DNA of 64,000 bases from positions 55,924,001-55,988,000 of the forward strand of contig NC_043008.1 in NCBI RefSeq assembly GCF_006345805.1, given 5' to 3'. Positions 26,180 through 39,164 of this stretch are shown in pieces. Source of the DNA: Octopus sinensis. Its lineage: Eukaryota. Both the position numbers and the translations under genes were made by a program. The notes under the pieces are model-generated. The model had not been told where the DNA came from and searched no databases. It saw only the letters and a list, made by a program, of their open reading frames with translations. The first letter of the stretch is position 1, and every line of letters begins with the position of its first letter.

Positions 26180-27659
26180 ATATATATATTTACACACAAG
26201 CATACACACATGTATCTGTAGCATGTTTAAATTATATTTGTTTTTACATGCAGTTCTATCAGAATGGATCCATGTTGCCCTTTGTTCCCTGCTAGTTTGT
26301 TTAGAGTATTTAAATTGACAGTAATGTATTCTAATGTTTGGTTTAAATTGCATTGTTATCAAAGATTTTGCTGCTGTTCTTGTTGTTGCTGTTGCTGTTG
26401 TTGGATAGGGAGCAAAGCAAATCTCTAAGTTATCTGAATTGAAATCAATTTTGTTTGGGAAAATTATTTTGGCAACCGTTCATCTTTTTGGCATTCTCTT
26501 GGTTTTTGCCCACTTCTTTCGGTTAAAGTAAATGAATAAATAAATAAATAAATGCGTAAATAAATAAAATAAAATAGAAATGAAGAAAATTGAACAACAG
26601 ACAAAAAAAATACATATTTGGTCCAGATTACAGGAGACAACAGTAAACAAAAACAATGTTTTGTTGTTTGTATTGTTGCTTTTTTTTTTGTTTCGAAATC
26701 AGAAACATACTTTTAGTGTGTTTTTATTTGTTTTCATGTATATTTTTTTTTTGGTGGAGGTGGGGAAGTGAGGAGAATGATTTGGGGGAGGAAAGGAGAG
26801 ACAGTGTGGAAGAGAGAGTGTGACTGAAAGAGAAAGCGAGTGAAGAAGAGTGAAAGAGAAAGTGTGTGAAGGAGAGTGAAAGAGAAAGTGAGAGAGAGTG
26901 TGTGTGAGAGGGAGAGTGTGAGAGAATGTGTGTGGGGAAAAAGAGTGTGTGTGTGGGGGGGGAGATAGAGTATATGAAGGAGAGAATGTGTGAGAGAGAG
27001 AGAGAGAGAGTGAGAGTGTGTATGTGAGAGTATTAAGGGAAAGAGGGAAAGAATGCATGTGTGAGAGAGAGGAGAGAGAGGAGAGAGAGGAGAGAGAGGA
27101 GGGAGAGGAGGGAGAAGGAGGAAAGTGGATAGTTAGAGAGAGAAGATATCTTCTGGGATTTATGAGTAGGTGGAGGGATATTTTGGAGAGAATGGTTATT
27201 TTGGCTGGAAGAGTTATTTTTTATTTTTATTTACCTATTGATTCATTCATTTATTATTATTTTTTTTCATCAGATTGGCAGTCTTTAGTATTGAAAAGAA
27301 CCTACTTACTCTGTCTATTTGTTCCGGGGTGGGGGGTGGGGTCCCCCCCCCTGTCCATTTTCAAATCCCATCAAGGTCATCAACTTTGCCTCTTCCTCTC
27401 TTCTGGGGAGTGTGGTGGTGGTGGTGGTGGTGTTGGGTGAGTGGTTCAGTAAATGAAGTACCAGTGCTGGGTGGGGATTTGGCGGGAATTTTTTAGGATG
27501 CTGGACAAGAAAAGACATAATGTTGTATCAGTTCCAGTTGCTTGCATTCATCATCATCATCACCGTTGTCATTGCTATTATCATTACGATCATTACTGTC
27601 ATCATTGCCATCATCATCATCATCGTCGTCATTATTGTTGTCATCGTTTATCATCATTG

Positions 27660-28210
27660 TCATCATCATCATCATCCTCAGCCATCATTTACTGACCCTT
27701 TTTCCATGCTGGCATGGGTTGGACAATTTTACAGGGACAGGTTATCAAGAAGGCTGCATAGAGCTGCAGTGGCTGCTTTGCCATGATGGTTGGATGCCCT
27801 TCCTAATGCCAACCACTCCACAGATTGTACTAGGTGCTTTTTATATGGCACCATCACAGGTACTTCTTTTTAAGTGCCACCAGCACCGATGTCAATACTT
27901 TTTACATGACACCTTGGTTTTAGGATCTCAATTCTATTGTGGTGGGTGGGTCCTCTCAAGTACAGTAATACACCACATATCTTGCTCCCCTGTCATATAT
28001 ATAGTCAGATCTGGCAGTGTTTCTACAGCTGGATGCCCTTCCTAAGTGGTTGGCGTTAGGAAGGGCATCCAGCTGTAGAAACACTGCCAGATCTGACTGG
28101 CCTGGTGCAGCCTTCGGGCTTCCCAGACCCCAGTTGAACCGTCCAACCCATGCTAGCATGGAAAGCGGACGTTAAACGATGATGATGTTGATGATGATGA
28201 TGATGATGAT
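27660..28210. mobile_element. Two family B copies, head to head (minus 27660-28000, plus 28046-28210)
   Basis: Both carry the core; GAT/CAT tails point outward. Confidence 0.75.
28003..28098. repeat. Perfect 43-bp inverted repeat with 10-nt loop, derived from family B
   Basis: 28003-28045 is the exact reverse complement of 28056-28098. Confidence 0.95.
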
Positions 28211-28232
28211 ATATATATATATATATATATAT

Positions 28233-28424
28233 ACTCTCTTTTACTCTTTTACTTCTTTCAGTCATTTGACTGCATCCATGCTGGAGCATCGCCCTCAGGA
28301 CTTAATCTTTGGAAGCATCAGTGTCTTTTGCTGAACCGTTAAGTTACAGAGACGTAAACACACCAGCATCGGTTGTCAAGCGATGTTGGGGGACAAACAC
28401 AGACACATAAACATATACACATGC

Positions 28425-28487
<63 letters not shown>

Positions 28488-28650
28488 GATGAGCTTCTTT
28501 CAGTGTCCACCTACCAAATCCACTCACAAGGCTTTGGTCGGCCCAAGGCTATAGTAGAAGACACTTACCCAAAGTGCCATACAGTGGGACTGAACCTGGA
28601 ACCATGTTGTTGGTAAGCAAGCCACTTATCACACAGCCATTCCTGTGCCT
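28233..28650 (-). mobile_element. SINE family A
   Basis: Same modules. Confidence 0.85.
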
Positions 28651-29324
28651 ATATATATATAAATTTTTTAGAACATTTAACTGGCAGGAACTTTCAAAAG
28701 TATTCCAGGGGCCAAGAGTTTCATGTATAGCAAATGCTAAAGGGCACATACTCTCACATGCACATATGTATGTTTGTAAATGAAAGAACATCCAGGAAAA
28801 TTCCGTACAGCATAAATCTATATAATTCTACCTCCTCATCATCAATCTAATTTTGCTAACTTAGTGGGGCAGAATAGGTTCTTTAGAACCTGACTAATGG
28901 TAATAGGGCTCCACTGTCGCAAGAAGCAATGCAGTAGACTGAAACAGCATTTTTGTAACATCAACAAAGCAGATAGACTGTGCACAATTTGGGATAAAAC
29001 CTATTAGAACAGAAAATTATTATTTATCTACTGACTTTTCAAAGTAGTTTTTCTCCTTACTAACTGATAATTTCCAAGAATCCTTCAGTATTGGTAGATG
29101 ACATCGTTTACCCACACAACCTTCCTTCAAGATATAGGCAAAGCAGCTAGGTTGAAAAAGAGGGTGAATGATGTTGTCTCCACGTGCAGACACTCTGTAT
29201 ATCAATACCGTAAGACTGCCTTATTTTCTTTATTCTCTCTAATTCATAATACTTACATTCAGAGGTAAACTGATTTCTGTGATAAGAAAAGGAAAGAAAG
29301 AAAGAAAGAAAGAAAAAGATAGGG

Positions 29325-29775
29325 GTGTGTGGAAGCTTGTTTTGTAATCACATGGCTTCAACTTCAGTTCCTACTGAATGACACCTTGGGTATAAAGTCT
29401 CCTACTATAGCCCCAGGTCACTTACAAGGCATTGTAAGTGAATTTGGTGGACAAAAACTGAAAGAAGCCCTTTGGACATATATATCCGAAGAGATCGCTC
29501 TGGCATATCTTAAGGGTAATGGAAAGCTCACATTGTCAGGGCCCCAGTGATGCTCTTGCATTTGGTGTGTATTTCTTCCTACACTCACTGCTTAACAACT
29601 GGTGTTGGTTTGTTTACATCCCTGTTACATAGCAGTTTGGTAAATAAAGAAACCTGTAGAGCAAGCAACCAACTTAGAACTCCCCCCCCCCAATATGACT
29701 AGGATCAATTTGTTCTACTTAAACCCCTTTGAGGTTTAAACCCCAGGGAGGCCACAGTCCAATGATTGAAATAAA
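29325..29775 (+). mobile_element. SINE family A, diverged, with a foreign insert in the linker
   Basis: Head 29325-29480, insert 29491-29571, tail to 29775. Confidence 0.65.
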
Positions 29776-29987
29776 AAAGAAAAAAAAAGAACAAGAACAA
29801 AACAAAAAATAAAATAAGCAAAAAAACAAACAAGGCAACACCAACCATAAAAGGAAAAAAGAAAGGCAAAGAGGATAGAGTAGGTTGGCTGGCTGGCTGG
29901 CTGGCTACTTGGCTGGCTGGTTGGTCAATGTGTAAATGTCATTGAGTAAAGGTTCAATGTATTCCATTTCTTTTGAACTTTCATATC

Positions 29988-30033
<46 letters not shown>

Positions 30034-30639
30034 GGCAGTTATTTCTTGATTCTGAAATATTTCTGCAGGGTTTTTGTGTTATTTTTTGGGGGGTTTTGGT
30101 TTCTTTTTCTTTTGTTTTCCCAAAAAAAAAAAAAAAAAAAAAATTTTTTTTTGCTAATGTTTATGGCTTAATCAGAAAGAAGGGGTTACACAGCTTGTGA
30201 CCTTCCCAGGGACCCTTCGGATAGAAGATGATTGATATGGCAGTGAGAGTGAAAGTGGTAGAAATTTTTAGATTTTTCTCAAATATTAGGGTAAGTCACA
30301 CTCCTCCCCTGCTTCAGAGAGAGCAAGAGAGAGGGAGAGGGGGTATGTGTGTGAGTGACAGTGTGTCTGATAAAGTGTGTGAAAGTGAATATTTCTGAGA
30401 GAGGGGGAGAGAGATGGATATAGAGAGAGGGATTGAATAGATTACCAAATGTAGGGGATCAGCTCTGGCATACCTTAAATGTAATAGAAAACTCACATTG
30501 TCAGGGCCCCTTGCCATGCAGGGTTGAAGTCGCCAGTGATGCTCTTGCATTTGGTGTGTAAATTGTTTGTCATGGTGAAACTAATGGAGAAGGAGTTTAT
30601 CCTTCACATGCAAAACGGAGCTGGATGCAAAGCGGGTAG

Positions 30640-30935
30640 TCATCATCATCATCATCATCATCATCATTGTTTAACGTCCGCTTTCCATGCTAGCATGGGT
30701 TGGACGATTTTGACTGAGGGCGAACCAGATGGCTGCACCAGGCTCCAATCTTGATCTGGCAGAGTTTCTACAGCTGGATGCCCTTCCTAACGCCAATCAC
30801 TCAGAGTGTAGTGGGTGCTTTTTACGTGTCACCGGTACTGGCAATGACCTCGCTCGAATCTTTTTATACATTCCACCGGCACAGGTGCCAGTAAGGCGAC
30901 GCTGGTAACGATCACGCTCGAATGGTGCCCTTTTA
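30640..30935 (-). mobile_element. Family B retroposon
   Basis: Near-identical to 24085-24430 subfamily. Confidence 0.85.
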
Positions 30936-32164
30936 TGTGAATGTAGTAACTTTCTTCATGGGAGTACTGTTTATGTATCTATTAGGGTGGAGGGCTTGCT
31001 GGTTGGTGGGGGCATTCTTTTTAGCAAAGGGCCAAAGCTAAGAGGAGCTGTTGGAGTCTGTCAGGTGGTTGTGTTCACAGCATCCGCACACACACACACG
31101 GATGTACAGAAAAGTGAAAAAAAAAAATTTTAAATACTTCAAATCTTTTAAAAGAGAAAAATAAATATGGAAAATTGAAGACATTCCTAAGGAAAGTAAT
31201 TTCTCAAAAATTTGTTTTGGTGCTGTGGGAATATTCCTGTTGTTGGTATGCTGGAAGCTGACTGATGACTGACAGTGCAAGTTATTAAATCTCCTGATAC
31301 ATTAAACCTTCGGTCCTGTCACCGCCTGTCCCTTCCTGTCCCACCAAATTACATATTGTGTAGACAAGTCACATATTCACACACACACATACACACACGC
31401 GCACCACACACACACACACACATACGCACACACACACATATTCACACACACGCACACATACACACATATGCACACACACACACACACACACACATACGCA
31501 CGCACACTCACATATTTGCATGCATCACTCTGGGAGAAAATATTCTTGGTGAATATTCTAAATTCATTGCCTTCGTTTTTAATTACTAATTTGCAATTAT
31601 TTATTTAGCAGGCTTGTATGATTGCAAAGTGTGAGGCAAGAAAGATGGAAGTTAACCTTGACACTCGCTCGCTCTCCCCCCCTCTTACCAGCCCAAGAAA
31701 CGGAATGTGTGAGGAGAGAGAGGGAGAAAGAAAAAGAGAGAGAAAGAGAGAAGAGGGTAGGAGGGAGGGAGAGATTTGGGTTAATGTTTGCCAAGCAAGC
31801 TGTTTCCATTTCTAGTAGCATGTTGGTCCTGTTGATGTGACAGTTCTAATCTTCACCTGTATAGATAAGCATGTTGGATCTTACTGAAGTGACATTTCAA
31901 CTGACCCAGTAGCTAGCAATGGCAGCCAGATGTCTTTTAAATCACACCTCACACCTTATCATGCACCAACCGATCATGGCCACTGCCAGCCTCCCCTTGC
32001 ATCTGTGCCGGTATTAGGAAGGGCATCCAGCTGTAGAAATACTGCCAGATCAGACTGGAGCCTGGTGCAGCCTCCTGGCTTCCTAGACCCCAGTGTTCAT
32101 CTGAATATTTTCAGCTTTTGTTTCTCACTATATATATATATATATCTATATATATATATATAAT

Positions 32165-32216
<52 letters not shown>

Positions 32217-32340
32217 CATCCTTATATATATTTACATGTTTATATTTATGTATTCATATTTGTATATTGACCACAAGGTTGTTTATTTGCATCACTATCT
32301 CTTTCTCTGTATGTATGTATGTATGCATGCATCCATCCAT

Positions 32341-32560
32341 GCCTGTCAGAAGGTCTAAAATCTCAGAAGACATTTTAAGATCCACAAAGATCAGAACTTA
32401 ATTGCACCTCATGGTGGTCCAAATTGGATATGCAATCTCTGCAAGTGTCTTTTCAGAACATTGTCTGGTTTCAAAAGCTACATCAGATGCCATGAAGGTT
32501 CTAAGGTGTAGATACAGGAGGTGGTCAAGCTCTGCCTAAGAAGTAGACTACCACCATGCA
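32341..32560 (+). mobile_element. 5'-truncated LINE 3' end (RTE-like) with decayed tandem C2H2 motifs
   Basis: Homologous to 59040-59300; terminal hairpin and (GT)/(ATGT)n tail. Confidence 0.7.
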
Positions 32561-32566
32561 TGCGTG

Positions 32567-32597
<31 letters not shown>

Positions 32598-32684
32598 TGT
32601 GTGTGTACGTATGTATGTATGTATGTATGTATGTATCTATGTATGTATGTATGTATGTATGTACGTATGTACGTACGTACGTAC

Positions 32685-32727
<43 letters not shown>

Positions 32728-33694
32728 TTGAAAATAACAGGCTGTTCATATCTTAAACAACCTGTCATTCAAGCTCTACTCAGTTAGGGTTAACCTCATT
32801 CTAAGCATCAGTATCAACAACAGCAGCACTCATTGAATGTACCCTCCCAAAAGTACCCTAAAAAGATTGAAATTTAACTCTCTATTTAACTTCACATTAA
32901 ATAATGAAAGCACCAAAACGGTGTTTGATTTCTAGTCTGCTAAACACCCTGTATTTTTGATGTGTTATTTACATTTCAGTCAATAACAAACATTTTGTAC
33001 TGCATTTGTTTTTTTAAACATCATTTGTTTATTTTCCGAAAGAAAATTAACTTTTTTTAATTGAAACTAATTAAAATTGTTTATTAGTTATTTATATATC
33101 TATATATATATTTTTTTAAGAAAAAATTCGATTTGATTCAATTTGTTTTTTGTTTAGCTTTTTTTTCCCCAATTATTAGGCATGGATGTTTTTAATTTAG
33201 CTTAAATCTTTTGGGGTTGATTTGTTGTAAACAGTTCGAATTTTTATGAATGTGCAGCCATGTTGATGTTATCGCATGTCTACATGTTACATGTTGATAT
33301 CATTGCTCTTATGCATATAACATGTTGATAATACTCTTGCACACGCAATGTCTTGATATTAAGCCTGTTGCACAAACTACATGCTGGTCACACCTTATAC
33401 ATGTTGATATGTTCGTAACAACACTGTTACCATGTAGCACATGCATGTAATATATAAATAATGATAATATCATCCTTATACAGGTAAAACATTTACAATG
33501 CATAATATCTATTGTTTTACATGCTGCAGTCCTTTTTTTTTTCTTTTTGATTTTTTCTTTTTTTTTTTGCTAGTAGAGATGTTTAGTGATTCTATCATGG
33601 TTAGCCTCTCCTATGATGTCACTATTGTCACACCCACCCACGCATGCACACACACACAAGCACACATGAAAGTATGTGTGTATGTATGTATATG

Positions 33695-34050
33695 CATGGC
33701 TGCGTGGTAAGAAACTTGCTTCCCAACCACATGGTTCCAAGTTCAGTCCCACTGAATGGCACCTTGGGCCAGTGTCTTCTACTATAGCCTCAGGCTGACC
33801 AAAACCTTGTGAGTGGTTTTGGTAGACGAAAACTGAAAGAAGCCTGTTGTATGTGTGTCTGTGTTTGTCCCTCCACCATCGCTTGACAACTAGTGTTGGT
33901 GTATTTGTCCCTGTAACTTAGCAGTTCAGCAAAAGAAAGCAATAGAATAAGTACTAGGCTTCCAAAGAATAAGTCCTGGGGTCAGTTTGTTTGACTAAAG
34001 GCAGTGCTCCAGCATGGCTGCAGTCAAATGATGAAGCAAGTAAAAGAATA
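33695..34050 (+). mobile_element. SINE family A, full length, sense to MYO9
   Basis: atggctgcgtggtaagaaacttgc...agtaaaagaatatata. Confidence 0.85.
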
Positions 34051-34256
34051 TATATATATATATATTATATATATATATATATATAGATAGATATATACAA
34101 CTTATAAATAAGGGCAAACGTAAAAATTTCTAATGTCAAATATGCCGAACATTTGGACATATTGTCCATTATCATATAGTTTATCACAATACTCACGTTA
34201 AATGTATTTTTTAATATGCTGGCCATTGGTAAAATTTGTTTTCGAAAAAAAATTTA

Positions 34257-34650
34257 TCCTACATTAAATATATATAGTTAATCCAAACATGAAAACACAA
34301 AGAGAAAACACAACAATGCGAGGACGTGGAACAAGTATTAGTGTTATTGGACGCTCAGGAAAAGAAAGAAAGAAGGAGGATTTAACGTTTTGAGCGGAGC
34401 TCTTCGTCAGAAACTTAGGAAAAGGAAAGATCCAAGGAAGGGAAGACGGAGGAAAAAAAAAATCGCCAACGATAGAGAAAGAGAGAATGTATAAGGGGTT
34501 TAGTCACTGGTGATCTAAATGAATAGGTACTCTCTGTCAGTACTATAATTGGTCATCCATTAGGTTTCATGTTTGTAGCTGAGGCTGGAGCTAGGTATCC
34601 ATAGTAGGTTTCCGAATTAGCAGGTATATATTAGTATATATATGTGTGAG
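34257..34650 (-). mobile_element. Penelope-like element 3' fragment (b) with hammerhead motif and possible GIY-YIG C-terminal remnant
   Basis: Minus strand reads gaaacctac..tggata..cagctacaaac.atgaaacctaatgga (resembles E-x-x-W-I..L-x-T-x-x-P-N-G, frameshifted), then cgttggcgatt...CTGACGA hammerhead...tgtttggattaac, abutting (TA)n. Confidence 0.6.
34381..34414 (-). ncRNA. Hammerhead motif, G12>A lesion
   Basis: gttt-CTGACGA-A-GAGC/tcc/GCTC-AAAA-C-GTT-aaa on the minus strand. Confidence 0.6.
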
Positions 34651-35301
34651 TGTATATGTGTGTGTGTGTGAGTATGTATATGTATCTGTGTAAACGTATG
34701 TATGTTTAACAGTAATTGTTGCTGTTGTATATAGCCTCTAGTCAATCCTCTCCTTTTATGCTTTTTGAAACAGCGTATCTGGAACTACATTATCAACAGC
34801 ATCTAGGGAGATTTGACTGTTATTTCTTGCAGGTCAGTTGGTCACATAAAGGCTCCTGTCACTGCTCTTCTTTGAAGATGTTTGATGGCAGTACATGATT
34901 GAAGGGTGCATGCTTGTTGAATGGGGGAAGACAAATTTAGCTGCTCTTTCTAAGCGTGGTCTTTGATGACTGGAGTTTCTGTATAAGCTATAAGAACAAA
35001 TTATAATTTAATTTATCAGCCAACAGCAAGCCTCTGTTAGATGCGGACACCCCCCCCCCTACTTCCTGAATCTCCGTTTGCGAAACCAAGCTGTGGTGAG
35101 TCTACAATTAATCTCCGAAACATCTCTAAACGTAATTTCAATCCAAACATCTAACGACTTTTATATGGAACTGTAATAACATGAAAGCTGATAATGAAAC
35201 TATTAAAAGTAATTTTCACGAGAACTGAACACGAGGTGATGGTCGTGGGTGGTAGTAGTGGGTAGGAGTGCGTGTGTGTGTGTGGGTATGGGGATAGGGC
35301 A

Positions 35302-35543
35302 CAAGGAGGAAGTGTGTGTGTGTGTGTGTGTAAGAGGAAGTATATGTGTGCTTGGTTGCCAGTATGGGCATCATATATGCAAATAGTTTTCCTTCCTTCC
35401 TTCTTTCTTTCTTTTCTTTCTTTCTTTCTACCCCCTCCCCTTCCTCGGAACTCTCAATTTCTGTTTTTAGGTAATATGACAAATTAAGGCAAAATATACC
35501 AAAACCTAAGAGAAAAGCTTTTTAGAAAAAAAAGGTTCTCTCG

Positions 35544-35574
<31 letters not shown>

Positions 35575-36254
35575 GTTTGAACAAAAAATGTTGATGGTCA
35601 CAGTTGGAAGGTCTTTATTGTAGGTCTTCTATCATGGTTAAGCAACAACTAGATACACACTTTGTACAATGTTTTACATCCTCCTCCTCCTCCTCCTCAT
35701 CATCATCATCATCATCATCATCAAACAAATGAATGAACAAGCAACTCACACTCACACATACACTCAGCCGTATTCATCTGATTAAGCCAAGAGGCCAGCA
35801 GGAGCAGCAGCAAAGTCTAATTGAGATATATTGCATTTTGTAATGAAGACCTTCCCGATACTTAAAACTAATTAGTAGAGAAATCTACCTTAAAAAACTG
35901 ACATAAATTAACTCCGGGGTTCATCTAATAGCTATTTTGATATTTTGTGGGTTAAATAATTATGCTTCCCCCCATGAACACATTTCCTGGTGTAACAAAT
36001 TACCTTCTCTCTGCCTGCCTGTCTGCCTGTCTTTTTCTGTCTGTCTGTCACTGTTTTTTTTTTCTCTCTCTGTCTGTGTCTGTCTGTCTCTGTCTATCTC
36101 TGTTTGTCTGCCTGCCTGGTCTGTCTTTGTCTGTCTGTCTTTCTGTCTGTCTCTGTCTATCTCTGTCTGCCTGCCTGTGTGTGTGTGTGTGGTGTGTGTG
36201 TGTGCGTGTGTGTCTGTCTGTCTGTCTGTCTATCTCTGTCTGCCTGCCTGCCTG

Positions 36255-36292
<38 letters not shown>

Positions 36293-36660
36293 TGTCTGTC
36301 TGTCTGTCTGTCTGTCTGCCTGTCTCTGTCTATCTCTGTTTGTCTGCCTGCCTGCCTGTGTGTGTGTGTGTGTGTGTGTGTGTCTGTCTATCTCCCTCCC
36401 TGCCTCCCTCCCTTTGGCTAACTGACAAGACACTGCATGTAGATGTTTCGTGTCTACCATATCATATTTTGCCTTAATTTGTCATATTACCTAAAAACAG
36501 AAATTGAGAGTTCCGAGGAAAGGGGGGGGGGTAGAAAGAAAGAAAGAAAAGAAAGAAAGAAGGAAGGAAGGAAAACTATTTGCATATATGATGCCCATAC
36601 TGGCAACCAAGCACACATATACTTCCTCTTACACACACACACACGCACACTTCCTCCTTG
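35302..36660. repeat. Inverted duplication: arms 35302-35497 and 36464-36660, about 98% identical, about 965 bp apart
   Basis: The arms are reverse complements; the ORF track also shows the same peptide (SYYLKTEIESSEE) on opposite strands. Confidence 0.92.
35995..36410. repeat. Compound (CTGT)/(CTGC)/(GT) repeat
   Basis: Seen directly; lies in the loop of the 35302-36660 inverted duplication. Confidence 0.95.
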
Positions 36661-37119
36661 CTCCCAAACCCACTTACAAGGCTTTGAATGGCCTGAGACT
36701 ATAATGGGCAGGACACTTGCCCTAGGTGACATGCATTGGGACTGAACCAGGGACCAAGTGGTTGGGAAGCAAATGCCTTACCTTAAAGCCATAAAAAGAA
36801 AAAAAAGTTATTCCTTGTCATTGCTACTGGTTTTCTAATACAAAATCCTTACATTTTAATGTGTTCAGATTCAATTAAAAATCTTTGATCATCATTTGTT
36901 AATTTATCTGTTTGATAATGACAAATGTGATATTTTATTACCTGTACCCACCTTTCAAATTCTTCAATATTTCCAAATTTAATTAAAGCATGGATAACGT
37001 GTTGTTTCGTGAGAAATATAATTATGAAAGAGTTAAATATAGCCTGTCGTTACAAAGTTTCTTTACCTGTTTCTGATAAGGCAAAGTTAAGATCTACATA
37101 ACTCACAAAGGAGGAGACT

Positions 37120-37510
37120 TACTCTTTTACTTGTTTCAGTCATTTGACTGTGGCCATGCTGGAGCACCGCCTTTAATCAAGCAACTCGACCCCGGAACTT
37201 ATTCTTTTGTAAGCCCAGTACTTAATTTATCGGTCTCTTTTGCCGAACCGCTAAGTTACGGGGACATAAACACACCAGTATCGGTTGTCAAGCAATGCTA
37301 AGGGGACAAACACAGACACACATGCATATATATATATATATACACATATATACGACGGGCTTCTTTCAGTTTCCGTCTACCAAATCCACTCACAAGGCTT
37401 TGGTCGGCCCGGGGCTATAGCAGAAGACACTTGCCCAAGATGCCACGCAGTGGGACTGAACCCGGAACCATGTGGTTGGTTAGCAAGCTACTTACCACAC
37501 AGCCACTCCT
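37120..37510 (-). mobile_element. SINE family A, full length, young
   Basis: Near-identical to 44843-45209 and 6651-7048; CpGs retained. Confidence 0.9.
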
Positions 37511-37939
37511 GTATGATCAGCGAGTGTCCTGGAAATAGCAGCTAAATTTCACTATTTCAATTCTCTTTTTCTGTTTCTGATATGACTTAAGGAAGAACCA
37601 AACTAAACCAAGCAATGAGGAACCTGTATGTGGTTGGTCGGTCTATTAGAAATAACAGCTAAATTACAGTATCACCCCCATCATCATCATCATCATCGTT
37701 ATATGGTAAACTCCACTTTACCATACTTGCACAGGTAAAATGGAATATATTTTGGGCAGCTTTTCTCTGACTGGTTGCGCTTCCTGTTGCCAACCAGTTG
37801 GCAGTCCAAGAATACAAGAATGATAGATATGTATACTCTGCAAAAGTATAGAGCTCATCAGATTAGGGCAAAAATTGTTTTTATTATAATCGAACATAAA
37901 AACAAACATTAATGTGTCCTATATATACATACATACATT

Positions 37940-37996
<57 letters not shown>

Positions 37997-38973
37997 GAGA
38001 GAGTTTCGAAGGATGTATCATCCGGGTGGAACAGTTATGTTCCGGGTTGCGGCTAACCATATTGATCAGTATTTAATGTCTGTGGCTACTTTAGTTGTCA
38101 GTCATTTCCATAAATTCCTCCGATAGGTGATTTCATGTTTATTTCACTGGATGGTAATATTGTCTGGGGTATATTATTGCTAATGTATATATATAATATA
38201 TATATATATAATATATATATATCTATATATATATATAAATCATGGTAGAGGCCTTGGTCTTAGGACCAGCCATGTCTAGAAACTGTGGTTGGGGGTAAGC
38301 AAGGGCATGCACCCTGTGGAAAATCCAGCTCCTAAAAAGCCTCATGATAGCAAGGGAGAATTGGCACCAGCCAGCCAGCCAGCCCAAAGGTTGGGGTGGG
38401 CTGCACCTGCCTGCCGCAGTTGTTATAGCATTGAGGTAGATCCAGCCACCCCTGTTAAGGGGGACAAAACCCGGATTTAAAACACTGGATGATGATGATG
38501 ACACACACACCACACACACACACACAACACACACACACACACGCACGCACATGCACACACACATGACAGGCTTCTTTTAGTTTCCATTCACCAACTCAAC
38601 TCATAAGGCTTTGGTTGGTCCAGGGATACAGCGGAGGATGCTTGGTGAAGGATCTGTACAGTGGCATCTAAAACCATTGTGAACCTGAGTGAACCCAAGG
38701 CCACATAGTTGGGAAGTAAACTTCTTAACCACACTTAAGGCATATCTTTGAAAGAAAAAAAAACAAATAAAAAATAACAAAAAATAACAAAGGAAAACAA
38801 AAAAAAAAATCGTGCTTTATTGCAATTTTCTTTTCCTGTTTCTAATATGACACATCTGGCTAATGAGGACACCTTCACATAGTCACTCTAAATAGCAGCC
38901 AACGTATACTCCGTCATCTTAAAAATATGTAGGATGCAATTAAAAAAAATCAAAAAAATCAAGACCTGGACAC

Positions 38974-39164
38974 CAGTGGCATATGGTGGTTGTTGTACAT
39001 TGGGTTTGCTGCCACAACCATTACCACCAAATTTTAAGCAGGGGTATAACAAAAGTTTTCCATTTAGATTTGTAATTAAATTAACGAGTACGGTTGATAT
39101 TTATAATCAATTTGCCATTTTAGGATGGGTGTACAGTGCACCCCTAACACACATGCCCCTACTG
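38974..39164. mobile_element. Possible old MITE
   Basis: Imperfect TIRs cagtggcat / atgcccctactg, flanked by a gacac direct repeat. Confidence 0.3.

Noticed and set aside
30180-30300. Consensus donor G|GTAAGT at about 30290 as an internal or alternative exon
   Set aside because: No convincing matching acceptor or coding frame; cannot be supported without RNA data.
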